DNA of 64,000 nt. Source: a phage. Of the stretch, positions 10,143 through 20,015 are shown one piece after another. The notes under the pieces are model-generated. The model did not search any database. It saw only the letters and a program-made list of their open reading frames with translations, and had not been told where the DNA came from. The stretch lies in the sequence record PZ534511.1; one strand, given 5' to 3'. Numbering within the stretch: the stretch's first letter is position 1; each line of letters opens with the position of its first letter. Both the position numbers and the translations under genes were made by a program.

Positions 10143-12215
10143 TTATGAGAAGTCTGGAGGGACAACATCTTCTACATACCCTTTCAGAGCAACCTGCCCC
10201 ATATGAAGCACGGTAGAATCTCTGGCTGTAACAGTGATGCTGTCAGACATTACTTGCGGGTATGCCCACACATACTGTTTTACCTCAGGGTATCTATACT
10301 CTATGGTTGCCATGTTTCCGCAGATACATCTCCATAAAAATTCTTGGTAATTCCTGGTTGGGTCGTAGCCATATACCGGAGCAAGCTCTTTACTAGGAAC
10401 GAACCCTGCAAGGTATTGTATTTCAGACGGTTGCCAACCTAACTTAACGATAGGTATGTTTACAGACTCTTTTGCCTTTTCAATACCTCCCTGCATCACC
10501 CAATCGTAGCACTCGGTGCAGAAGAAATCAAGAGCACCTGCTTCTTTTTTATATTGGTCAGCAAGGTTCAGCTTTTGCGTAAGCTCTGTTTCCATAATGG
10601 TTGGGAAAAACAGCAGAGCTGTCATCTGAGCTGATGCAGCGTGTGCCTTTATTGCCTTTGAAATGGCCGCAATACGAGCGCCAAGCTTACCACGACAAAA
10701 TGCTACATACTTGTCGTAAACACCGCCAGTTTTAGGATCGTCAATAGTCCCAATATCTAATGCATACTCACCTGTCTCATCATAAAACGCCTGCTTTGTA
10801 GGGTAATCATAAATACAAGGTCTACGAGTATCGGTATTGTACCACCACCACGGTTCACCAACCTGCATAATCACTGGCAGGTTGTTTCTCATAGCGGCTG
10901 ATGCAAAATTCTTAAATACTGCAGTAAGGAAATTCATACCCTCTTCAATGGTTGGAGACAGGAGGTAGCTACAGGGTGTATACCCTGTTTTAGCGTAGTT
11001 ATCGTTCCAGTCTCTTTGGGTCCATTCCAACGGGCAGGCATCGCTGAAAAGCTCAAAACTTACAGATTGCATAACGTCGAAGTTATGTCGTTTGGCATTG
11101 TACATAAAATCATCATGCCATTTATAAGCTGCAGCGTTTAGCGCCCCTGTTCTGTTTATAGACCATTGGGTTCCTGACCATGTGTAGTCATAATAATGAC
11201 TCATACCAACATAATGGTTTATGGTTCCGGTATAGCCCAGACGCTTGATATTGTTCAACACCCTTAAAGGAGATACGTTCCACATATCGTCATATGCGGT
11301 GCAGATCCCAACGTCGTGCTCTTTAACCTGAATATTGTTAAGTTGCATCATTTTCCAGCCTGTGTCTGGCTGGAGCAGATCTAGGCGCAACTCACACTCT
11401 ACATTTTCCGTTCTCGGGTCTGTGCTATTACTTACCCAGTCTTTAGGCATAAGCGGTATTAAAATCCTTCTCACCTGTCGAGGATCAACACCCATCATGT
11501 TGTTGTTCTGATCCATCCCGACGCAGTCCTCGAAATCAATATGAATCTCTGCAACATTCTTATCCTCTGAGATGCTGACAGCATATTGAGCTAAAGGAAC
11601 ATAGATGATTGTGCCATCAACAAGGTCTACAGTCATAATCATCTTTTCAGGGGTGGAGAAGTTGCTGGCATTGGTTATTGACATTCTGAACCAAAGCTTG
11701 GTGTTTCTCATCTCATAGTGATCATCAAACCCAATACCGAAATGGTCATACTTGTCAACTGTTTCCCAAATGCACCCAGCCATACCTCCATATGTTCTTG
11801 ACACTAAACGGTTAATACAACAGTTGTTATCTGCAACAATACAGGTACTTTCAGTCTGCTGAGTAGTTGTAACCCAATACCTTGGGTGAAACATTCTCTC
11901 CTCAACAGTATCCCAAGATATCCTGTCAAGATTCTCATCTGAAACTATTGTACATTTCGCCCTTTGTGTTCCAATCATCACCCCTTGAGATTTTGATGAA
12001 AACTCCATAAAGAAGCTTCTTGGCAACCTGTTGGGTAATTTGTCAACAATTTCCACTGGGATCTCAATACTGGTTGCCCCAATTGGGATAGTTACATCAC
12101 CCTCAACATGATTATAATCCCTACCAGGAACGGCAGTATCCTGAACTGTGCGGTAATGAAACCGTGCAGCCATTGTAGAGTAATCACGGTAAGGTTTAAA
12201 AATAGCTGTTGCCAT
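10143..12215 (-). CDS. tail/baseplate structural protein (690 aa)
   Basis: ORF track; position between baseplate and fiber genes; Trp/Tyr-rich, no enzymatic motif recognised. Confidence 0.35.
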   Translation of the reverse strand: MATAIFKPYRDYSTMAARFHYRTVQDTAVPGRDYNHVEGDVTIPIGATSIEIPVEIVDKLPNRLPRSFFMEFSSKSQGVMIGTQRAKCTIVSDENLDRISWDTVEERMFHPRYWVTTTQQTESTCIVADNNCCINRLVSRTYGGMAGCIWETVDKYDHFGIGFDDHYEMRNTKLWFRMSITNASNFSTPEKMIMTVDLVDGTIIYVPLAQYAVSISEDKNVAEIHIDFEDCVGMDQNNNMMGVDPRQVRRILIPLMPKDWVSNSTDPRTENVECELRLDLLQPDTGWKMMQLNNIQVKEHDVGICTAYDDMWNVSPLRVLNNIKRLGYTGTINHYVGMSHYYDYTWSGTQWSINRTGALNAAAYKWHDDFMYNAKRHNFDVMQSVSFELFSDACPLEWTQRDWNDNYAKTGYTPCSYLLSPTIEEGMNFLTAVFKNFASAAMRNNLPVIMQVGEPWWWYNTDTRRPCIYDYPTKQAFYDETGEYALDIGTIDDPKTGGVYDKYVAFCRGKLGARIAAISKAIKAHAASAQMTALLFFPTIMETELTQKLNLADQYKKEAGALDFFCTECYDWVMQGGIEKAKESVNIPIVKLGWQPSEIQYLAGFVPSKELAPVYGYDPTRNYQEFLWRCICGNMATIEYRYPEVKQYVWAYPQVMSDSITVTARDSTVLHMGQVALKGYVEDVVPPDFS

Positions 12216-12901
12216 TAACCCTCCTGTCTAGTTGCGTTTACTGTAATACTTTCACAATAAATGGTTGTGGTGTCCCAATCAGGTCTTACGTCAGGAACAT
12301 ACAGCAAAGTAGCCAGCCCACCAACTCCGAATTGGTTTTCTTCCCACACTGATCCGAAGCCAAGAGCTGTAGAGTCCCCTTCAAAACCAAAAGCTTGCCC
12401 TTGCGATTCTGTAAGACGCAAATGACAAGGTAATGGTAGCATATCTAAGATCTGATCGATAGACTGCAATATGTCAAAGCAAGTTTTTCTAATATTTATG
12501 TCAAACCTGAAGTTGTCTCCTTTCCACGTATCGAAATTGTCTCTTCCGAACAATTGTCGCAAGGTGGAGATGACATCTTCGCGAGTCCCGCCCCTTGATG
12601 CTGCGGCCTGCTGAATAATTAGTGTGGCACGAAAATCAGCATCTGAAAGTCCATTCCTAAGAATACCAAGTTGATTACCAACTTCGTCAAGGTATCTTCC
12701 GCTGGCATTGTTAAGCAATCTTCCTTCAGCCAAACCTACCAGCATCTTATCAACATCCTCCAACCTTTTAAGGTATACGGTTAAGAATGTGACTAAATTA
12801 ACCTTCTCAGCCAGAAAATCTCCAGGCAGGTAGTCAAGACCTCCCTGAACAAAATCTGGCAGAGTGTGGATGTGGTTAACATCCGACTTAATCTCTGCCA
12901 T
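12215..12901 (-). CDS. tail/baseplate protein (228 aa)
   Basis: ORF track; stop/start overlap with flanking structural genes. Confidence 0.35.
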   Translation of the reverse strand: MAEIKSDVNHIHTLPDFVQGGLDYLPGDFLAEKVNLVTFLTVYLKRLEDVDKMLVGLAEGRLLNNASGRYLDEVGNQLGILRNGLSDADFRATLIIQQAAASRGGTREDVISTLRQLFGRDNFDTWKGDNFRFDINIRKTCFDILQSIDQILDMLPLPCHLRLTESQGQAFGFEGDSTALGFGSVWEENQFGVGGLATLLYVPDVRPDWDTTTIYCESITVNATRQEG

Positions 12902-12912
12902 ATCTCGCCGCC

Positions 12913-14403
12913 TTAAATAGTTTGTTGGAAAGTTATATTACTTTCGTCGAGGTCAAACACCTCGGTCATGTTCGCAACAATATCGTTTGTAGTGTAAGCT
13001 TCATCAGAAGCTCCTACGGATTTAACTTGAATTACCAGCCTATTAAATCTGCCTATTGACACAGCAGCAGATGCAGCACCTACCAATTGGATATTATACA
13101 ACGTATCTGCAACATCCAGTCCGTTAACAACCTGCAAAAGAGCCTCTATAATGGCATCTTTTTCGGTTGTAGAAAGCGCAGCACCGGAGTAGGTAATTCT
13201 TACATCTAGGCGGTAGGTGTTTGCCTTGGAGTAATAAATTCTTTCAGTTTGACCGTCAGATGTAGTGACATCGTAGAAAATATTACCATAAGTCCTGTTC
13301 GTACAGGCTATAGTTTGGTAAAGTGCTTGGCAAATGTCTTCCGTTGCACCACCAAACACAACCACTTGGAACTTGTAAGGGGGTATACCTTTAGCATCAG
13401 TTTTATCGGTGTTATTGGAGAACACTCTCACTTTCTCAACACCTTTCACCTCGCTTACAGCGCTAAGGATTGCAGGACGGGTAGCCTTAGATGTTAACTG
13501 TTTTGTGCTGGAAGCTCTTAAGCGATACTCTGAGTCTTTCTCAACATCCCTGCCCTCATTGAATCTTTCTCGGTTGGTAAGCTTGATAAATCCACTGGGA
13601 GTAGGTGACATTGTTGTCACGGTTTCTGCCTCTCTTGACAACTCACCCGCCTCGTTAGCGATAACATCCAGTGTGATAGTTCTTTCCCCTACAATCGGGG
13701 ATACTCTGAAATCTACTCTACTATTAAGTCCAACTTGATCAAGATTCGAATTGTACCCTATCCACAACGTTCCTGTCAACATATCTATCTGAATCAAATC
13801 GTCGTTCAACAGGGTTGTATTATCGACAATGAACTGCTTAATCTCTCCGTAAAAGCTTGGCAGATCAGAAGAGTCCAGAGACTTATCTGTTAAAACCAGA
13901 CTTTTTGTTTTGATACTTCCATCTGTCTGGTTGGTAATTTGAAAGTTGTATTTACCAATCCTTAGGTCTGGGGCATTTATTCTGTGAGCAATAAGATTCC
14001 CTGCTACTTGCACATCGTTGCTAAGAACAAAGTTGCCACTGTCCAGCGTATAAGTTTTGGAATCATAAATCATATTGTACGGCACAGTTGTGTTGATTGT
14101 CAACTGGCAGGTACCTGATGATTTAGAACGGCCTCTTCGGTAAATACCTTGTCTTCCAAGAAGCTCATCTAGGTAAATACCTTCTGCCCCATACAGCGTC
14201 TGTGATGCGTATACAGATGCTGCCATAAGAATAAGTTGATACTCTCGCTCGTTGAAGATAGTGGTCAGCTTATCTGCAACGGAGTTACTCTGTACGTTGA
14301 AGTTTTCGCCAAAAGCACGGATCAGGCTTTGCTTAGTTTCAACGATTAGGTCATTTAGGGTTGGTATAACGAAACCAGCCTCTGTCAATCCATACTTAGC
14401 CAC
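12913..14403 (-). CDS. baseplate/tail structural protein (496 aa)
   Basis: ORF track; size and position compatible with baseplate wedge (J-like) protein; inference only. Confidence 0.35.
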   Translation of the reverse strand: MAKYGLTEAGFVIPTLNDLIVETKQSLIRAFGENFNVQSNSVADKLTTIFNEREYQLILMAASVYASQTLYGAEGIYLDELLGRQGIYRRGRSKSSGTCQLTINTTVPYNMIYDSKTYTLDSGNFVLSNDVQVAGNLIAHRINAPDLRIGKYNFQITNQTDGSIKTKSLVLTDKSLDSSDLPSFYGEIKQFIVDNTTLLNDDLIQIDMLTGTLWIGYNSNLDQVGLNSRVDFRVSPIVGERTITLDVIANEAGELSREAETVTTMSPTPSGFIKLTNRERFNEGRDVEKDSEYRLRASSTKQLTSKATRPAILSAVSEVKGVEKVRVFSNNTDKTDAKGIPPYKFQVVVFGGATEDICQALYQTIACTNRTYGNIFYDVTTSDGQTERIYYSKANTYRLDVRITYSGAALSTTEKDAIIEALLQVVNGLDVADTLYNIQLVGAASAAVSIGRFNRLVIQVKSVGASDEAYTTNDIVANMTEVFDLDESNITFQQTI

Positions 14404-14470
14404 GTCACTCCTCCGGTATGAAAATCTCTACAAGGTATTTTACCAAATTTTGTAACAATAGTCAATCTGA

Positions 14471-14500
14471 GCATAAAAATAAACCCCGCCGAAGCGGGGC
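14471..14500 (-). terminator. rho-independent terminator after J-like gene
   Basis: ccccgc-cgaa-gcgggg hairpin (14484-14499) followed on minus RNA by UUUAUUUUUAU. Confidence 0.6.
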
Positions 14501-14508
14501 TTTAAAGG

Positions 14509-17500
14509 TTAGTCGTGAGACTCGTTCCAAGGTCCCTGGAAGCTAGAGTTTGAACGACTTACTATCACAGTAGGACAGGATATTGTAACACCTGTTATAG
14601 CTGAGGTGGACCAGCGTGTGTAAATTTCAACAATAATGTCTATGGTCTGTTCACCCAGCCCTGTTATCCCGACTGCACACATACCATCGTTGTCGTTACC
14701 ATACTTCTTGCCAGCGAGCAACTGGTGCCCCGCTATCCACACATTCAACTGGGAGCCTCCTAGAGTTCCGTTAAGCTTAAAGAAGAATGTTACGTTCTTA
14801 CCTTGTCCTTGAACGTTATCCACGTATCTCCATCTCCAACGGCAAACCTGCTGCTGAGAGTTGTATACTGGAGGACAGTCACCGTAGGTCTTGTGTGCAA
14901 CTATTGCACCTTCGAACTGGTTAGCACGAATAACAGAAGCCTCTACACGCCCACGGAAGGTACCTCCGGTTGCATCTATGGTGCCCCTAAAGCTACCGTT
15001 ATTGGCATAAACATCCCCACGGAAGGTACCACTGGTGGCGTTAACTGCCCCTGTGAAGTTACCAGAACTGGCGTTGATGTTGCCTTTCACCCATACATCC
15101 ATAAATTGGGCGTGCCCGTTCTTGTTAATATACCAACCGTATTTATGGTACCCGTTGCCATCGTAGTTGTTTGACGAAATTTCTTGTGCGATCTTGGCAG
15201 AAGAGATCGTGCCATTCTCTATAAAAGCGTCTTTCAAGAACGCTTGGTTGTTCTTGATTGCGAAAGCAAGGGTTGCTGTTCCATTTCCGGGGTTGTATAC
15301 CGCAAAGTTGTTTGCACTAACCATGAAGTAGGATTGAACTTGGCCCCCAGACCCTTCCATCCCCAACTGGATACCTGCAACATATTTATTCCCTGCGGAG
15401 TCTACCTGTATTTTTGTGCCCCATTGAGCATTTACTTTACCCTCTAAGTCGGTTACAGCCTTAGATGTTGTAGCTACTGCAGCCCTAAGCTCAGATACAT
15501 CCCCAACATCATTGATGATCTCCTGCTTAGCGACAGCAAGTTCTTGACGAATAGCTGACGCTGTGCCGTTGATAAGGTCCACAGTGGCTTTGTTGGTATC
15601 GGAAATTGTAGCATCCAGCGCTGTTTTTGTGGAGGTCAGTTTTCCATCCAAAGCATCAATCGCTTGCTTGTTGGTAGAGATCTCCCCACGTGCAGAAGTT
15701 ATTTGCTCTGACAGTGCAGATGTTTTCTGATTCAACAAGTCAGTGGTGGCCTTGTTGGTATTGGCAATCAAGGTGTTGAGGTCAGTTTTTGCGGTAGTTA
15801 TCTTGCCGTCAAGGGTGGTATAGTTTTTAGATACCGTCGCGTTTGTCTGACTAATCTTTTGATCCAGAGTTTCAGATGTCCTGTTCAAAAGATCTACAGT
15901 GGCTTGGTTAGTGCTCAAGATGCTTGCGTCAAGTTCTGTTCTCTGAGTATTGATCTTACCATCCAGAGTTTTATCTCCGGCTAAATACCCGCTCTCAACT
16001 CCCCCTATCTGCTCTACCAGCTCACCTTTGGCGGCAACCAATTTCTCATCTAAAGCCTCTGTCTTTTTGTTCAGAAGATCAGTAGTTGCTTTATTGGTTG
16101 TCTCGATTAGAGATGCCAGTCTGCCACTTTCAGTGTTCAGATCGTTGGTGAATTTGTTCTGTGCAGCAACAAGTTTCCTATCCAGCGCTGTAATGTTACC
16201 ATTGACATCTTCAAACTTCTGAGTTGTTTCTGTAACTACCGCACCTATTCTGTCCCCAAGTTGCTGGAACGCTTCATCTACCCTACCATCCATGTACCTG
16301 TTAAGTTCTGTGACACGATTTTCAACCTCTTCAATAGAGGAATCCAAAGTGCTCATCAACTCTTTATAAGTTTCTGTCTTTTTGAATTCAGCATCTATCT
16401 GAGGCATCAAATCCTCAATAGAGGTGTAGCAGCGTGCAGCGCATTCTACAAACTGAGAACTACCAAAAGCGTTTGTGGTTCGAATATACCAATAATAAAC
16501 CTTATCGTTCTGCAGACCTTCAGATGTCCAAGTTGAACCAACACCCATACGGGTGGCGTTTGAAGTAACGGTTGCATCACTGGTGTCTGGCAACCTTGTC
16601 ATACCGGATGTCCAAAAGTCATACTGGGTGCTAACACTTGCTAAATCCCTACTATGCGGAATCAAGGTGATAGCAAAGTATCCTTGCTTAACCTCTACAG
16701 AAACCGGAGCTTCAGGTGCCTGAATGTTAAACTCACAATACGCTTCTGGAGATACACCACCTTTATAAGATGTTGCAACCACGGTTGCTGTGTATGACCC
16801 TTTGGTCAAACCTTCTACTCTGACAAACTGCTCAACTGTCTGTGCTGTCCAAACAATCTCTCCGTTCTTTCTTACCTGCACAATATTTTGAGCGTAAGTC
16901 CCAACGTTGTCCCAAGCCAAAACACCGTGAGTTACTTCCCCAGCTTGGAGAACGGAGTATCTGAAGTTTTGCGGTTGAGCTACACCAGATGGAGATATCG
17001 GAATATCTACATTGCCAGAATCCGGAAGTTGCCCTGTGGCATCATTCCACTCTTTAGCATCTTGACGAAGTTTTACCTTGACACCACCCTTTTTGGTAAA
17101 CTCCCATTCAAGAACCCTCATTTCTTGGCCCACTATACCTATACTTGGAAGGTTCATTGTAACGTAACGACCAGGTTTAAATTTAAAACCTCGCATATTG
17201 CAGGTGACTTCAATAATCCTGCCAGCTCTCGCGCGTCTTAAGAAGATTGCAGAAACACGCTGAGCTTGATAAGGGCTGGTAACAAAGCGATAGTCTATAT
17301 CGATTATCTTTCTTTCTCCATCCTTCTCTATCCACTCTGGGACAAACACTGATGGAAAATCTGTTTCAGAATACCCTTTGGTCGGACTAGTGAATCTGCC
17401 GGTTATTGTGTTGGATCTTTTGTCAAATGAGGCTTCCGGGTAGATCTTGACCTCACCACAGACACAATCCTCACTCAGTGTCATTGTTGCCGGGCCATAG

Positions 17501-18348
17501 TATGCACCAACCAGCAAACCATACTTACCAGCTACATAGCTGAGATCTGCGCCACAAGCTTTCAGCATTTCTGCCATAATACTTGCTGGGGCCTCATCCA
17601 TATCGAACTCGCCATTAATTGTGTAACGACGCTCGCTGGTTCCGTCTGCGTTTCTTACAGCCTCGTCGCATATGTTGGCAGCCTCCTTGAAGGACTCCCA
17701 GTTGATGGTTTCGTCAGGACATTTAAGGTACGTTCTTAAATAGTCCAGAATCACCAAGGCAGCGTTATTGGTATACACCTCTTTACTAGTGCGAGGATCA
17801 TAGCATTTTTTACCAACCTTGACGAGTGTGACGTTTGGCAACCCAAAAGGAAACTTGTTAGGGTCAAACCTAAAGCTGACCCGTAGCCAACTGATCCCTC
17901 TACCTATCATGTCCGGTGACCACGATGGGCAGTGTGTGCCCATGAAAGGATCAGAGGTTTTTCTATCGTTATGTAGCTCCCACGATACCAAATCCCCATA
18001 CGAAGAAATAGGATTACCGTCGATAAGTATATCTTCTATACCTTCCAGAGGGTGATTGGCAAGAACAATAGCACAATGAAGGGTTCTGTCCCTGTCCTGC
18101 TCCAAAAACGCAAGCAATCCAGATGTACGTGTCTTCCCATACACTACAGAGCAAGGTGCAGCAGAAGATCTGAGAAGCTTTTGTCTATCTTGCTGACTTC
18201 TGTAAGATTTGTTTCCCTCGAAAATCTTATCCAGAGTTCTGGTGGTAACAGTGTTCAGGCTGTCAGCCAGAGCTGCCTTGGATGCGTTCCAGTCATAACT
18301 TGAAGATCTTGCAGAAGCAACGATGTTATCAATCATTGCAATTGGCAT
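14509..18348 (-). CDS. central tail fiber / tip attachment protein (lambda J-like, 1279 aa)
   Basis: Recalled similarity to lambda J over several blocks (e.g. [25 protein letters not shown] ~ lambda [63 protein letters not shown] ~ lambda [36 protein letters not shown]); internal coiled-coil repeats. Confidence 0.7.
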   Translation of the reverse strand: [1279 protein letters not shown]

Positions 18349-18785
18349 TAATACCTCCAGACATCAACAACGATAGAATCTTTCATGTCGAACATAAAGA
18401 CCCCTTTATCACCTTTAGCCCAAATCTGGTTGTTCCAGAACACACCAGCGGTGAGCCCGTTCAGACCTTCGAAAATGACAATATCTCCACGCTGAGCCTG
18501 TTTAGGAGTATCCAGCCGAGTCATAAAGAGATCAAAAATAGTAGGCAGGTGTGTGGTTTTGAAACGAAGCATGCACCATCTTTTGCTTTCCAACTCTGTT
18601 TTATACGTTCCTTCAAAGTTAGAAAGAAAATCTGTTCCGTATTGGGCATCAACACACTTAGCCGCAAAGGTGCAACAATCGTGGAATCCCCATTCAAAAG
18701 GTATGGTGGCCTCTTCGTCAAACACTTTCCACAATCTTTCTTGCCAATCCACTAAACGAGGATGTGTGCTCATTAAACCTCCCAA
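18348..18785 (-). CDS. tail tip assembly protein (possible NlpC/P60-like, gpK/I-like)
   Basis: 145 aa immediately upstream of J-like gene; conserved-looking HDCCTF Cys motif. Confidence 0.3.
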   Translation of the reverse strand: MGGLMSTHPRLVDWQERLWKVFDEEATIPFEWGFHDCCTFAAKCVDAQYGTDFLSNFEGTYKTELESKRWCMLRFKTTHLPTIFDLFMTRLDTPKQAQRGDIVIFEGLNGLTAGVFWNNQIWAKGDKGVFMFDMKDSIVVDVWRY

Positions 18786-19339
18786 ATGATCGGGCGGCTC
18801 GCCACCTGATCCACATATTTAAAAAATCTGTCGTTATCGTTTCTTGAGCTGTGGCTTTCCTCCGTGTACCGATAAGGAAAACCTCTTAACCAGCTGTTGA
18901 AGATGGAGGAGATGGATATGGACAAAGCACTATTCTCGCCTGTCTGAATAGCCATATCTGTTATAAGGCCGTCAAACAAGCCATTAGTTGTAACAGGCAG
19001 ACCATTCTCCATAGCGGTAATGTACAACGTGGCACGACAACCAGAATACTCCGTCTTCAGCAGATCACCCACATACTTAGGATCAAACCCGTTCAATGTC
19101 GCTACCACAGATCCGAAGTTGGTGGCATCTTTCTCAGACACAGCAGTTAACGTTGCTGATCCACCTATCCCTATAAAATGTTGCCCCTCAATTACTACAA
19201 CACCAGTGCCTGAGCACACCCTGACAGTTCCTGTCGGTAGCTCCAGCTTTGCAGCAATTAAGATCTCAACACCATCAAGCTCCAGCTTTTCAAGAAATAA
19301 ATTATCTAATGGCGCTCTGATCATCTTAGAAATCCTCAA
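18773..19339 (-). CDS. tail tip protein (188 aa)
   Basis: ORF track; overlaps neighbours by 13-14 nt in operon with J-like gene. Confidence 0.3.
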   Translation of the reverse strand: MRISKMIRAPLDNLFLEKLELDGVEILIAAKLELPTGTVRVCSGTGVVVIEGQHFIGIGGSATLTAVSEKDATNFGSVVATLNGFDPKYVGDLLKTEYSGCRATLYITAMENGLPVTTNGLFDGLITDMAIQTGENSALSISISSIFNSWLRGFPYRYTEESHSSRNDNDRFFKYVDQVASRPIIWEV

Positions 19340-19916
19340 AGAAGTTGATAACTATATTATCACCTTTTTGCATAGCATCGACTTTTTGCTTAATTTTATA
19401 AATATCTCTGATATGAAACCTACCCTTCGGAGATTGAGTTATTATCTTCATGGTGTCCCCTGCGGCAATAGGCTTTCTAAGTCTTGGAGATATGCCTATA
19501 ACAGCAGACCCAACACCATCACTACGCACTGGAGCTGTTACCACTTTCAATTCATCATTGACAGATATTTTATCCCCAGCTCTAGCTATGTCTCTGTTTG
19601 GCTCCCATCCGACCGTCTTCAAAAAATCGTCGTTACCAGTAGGCCCAAGGGCGATTGGCTCATTAGTTGTTACTGAGTGACCGTAAGTTTTAATAAGAAA
19701 GATGTTTCCATCTTTATACACCTGATCAACAAAGCTCTTAAGCTCTAGCAACTGTGACTCGCTGATATTGGAGACCGTCAAAGTGCCTTTCCAGTTAGGT
19801 GTGGCATAGGTTACTTTTTGCGTTTTACCTGTAAATGGACTTTTAAACGTAACAATATCTGCCAGCAGCTCCAATCTAATATCTGGAAGATATCTAGGCC
19901 TTTCCCATAAAAACAT
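19326..19916 (-). CDS. minor tail protein (196 aa)
   Basis: ORF track; position analogous to lambda M/L upstream of K/I/J. Confidence 0.3.
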   Translation of the reverse strand: MFLWERPRYLPDIRLELLADIVTFKSPFTGKTQKVTYATPNWKGTLTVSNISESQLLELKSFVDQVYKDGNIFLIKTYGHSVTTNEPIALGPTGNDDFLKTVGWEPNRDIARAGDKISVNDELKVVTAPVRSDGVGSAVIGISPRLRKPIAAGDTMKIITQSPKGRFHIRDIYKIKQKVDAMQKGDNIVINFFEDF

Positions 19917-19980
19917 TGTGCCTCCGGGTTAAACAATCATGATAGCTATTTTACCAGATTTTAAGTTAATACGCAATACA

Positions 19981-20010
19981 AACAAAAAGCCCCCGCCGAA
20001 GCGAGGGCAA
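19981..20010 (-). terminator. rho-independent terminator after long tail fiber gene
   Basis: gcccccgc-cgaa-gcgagggc hairpin (19991-20010), U-run on minus RNA from 19981-19990. Confidence 0.55.
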
Positions 20011-20015
20011 AACAG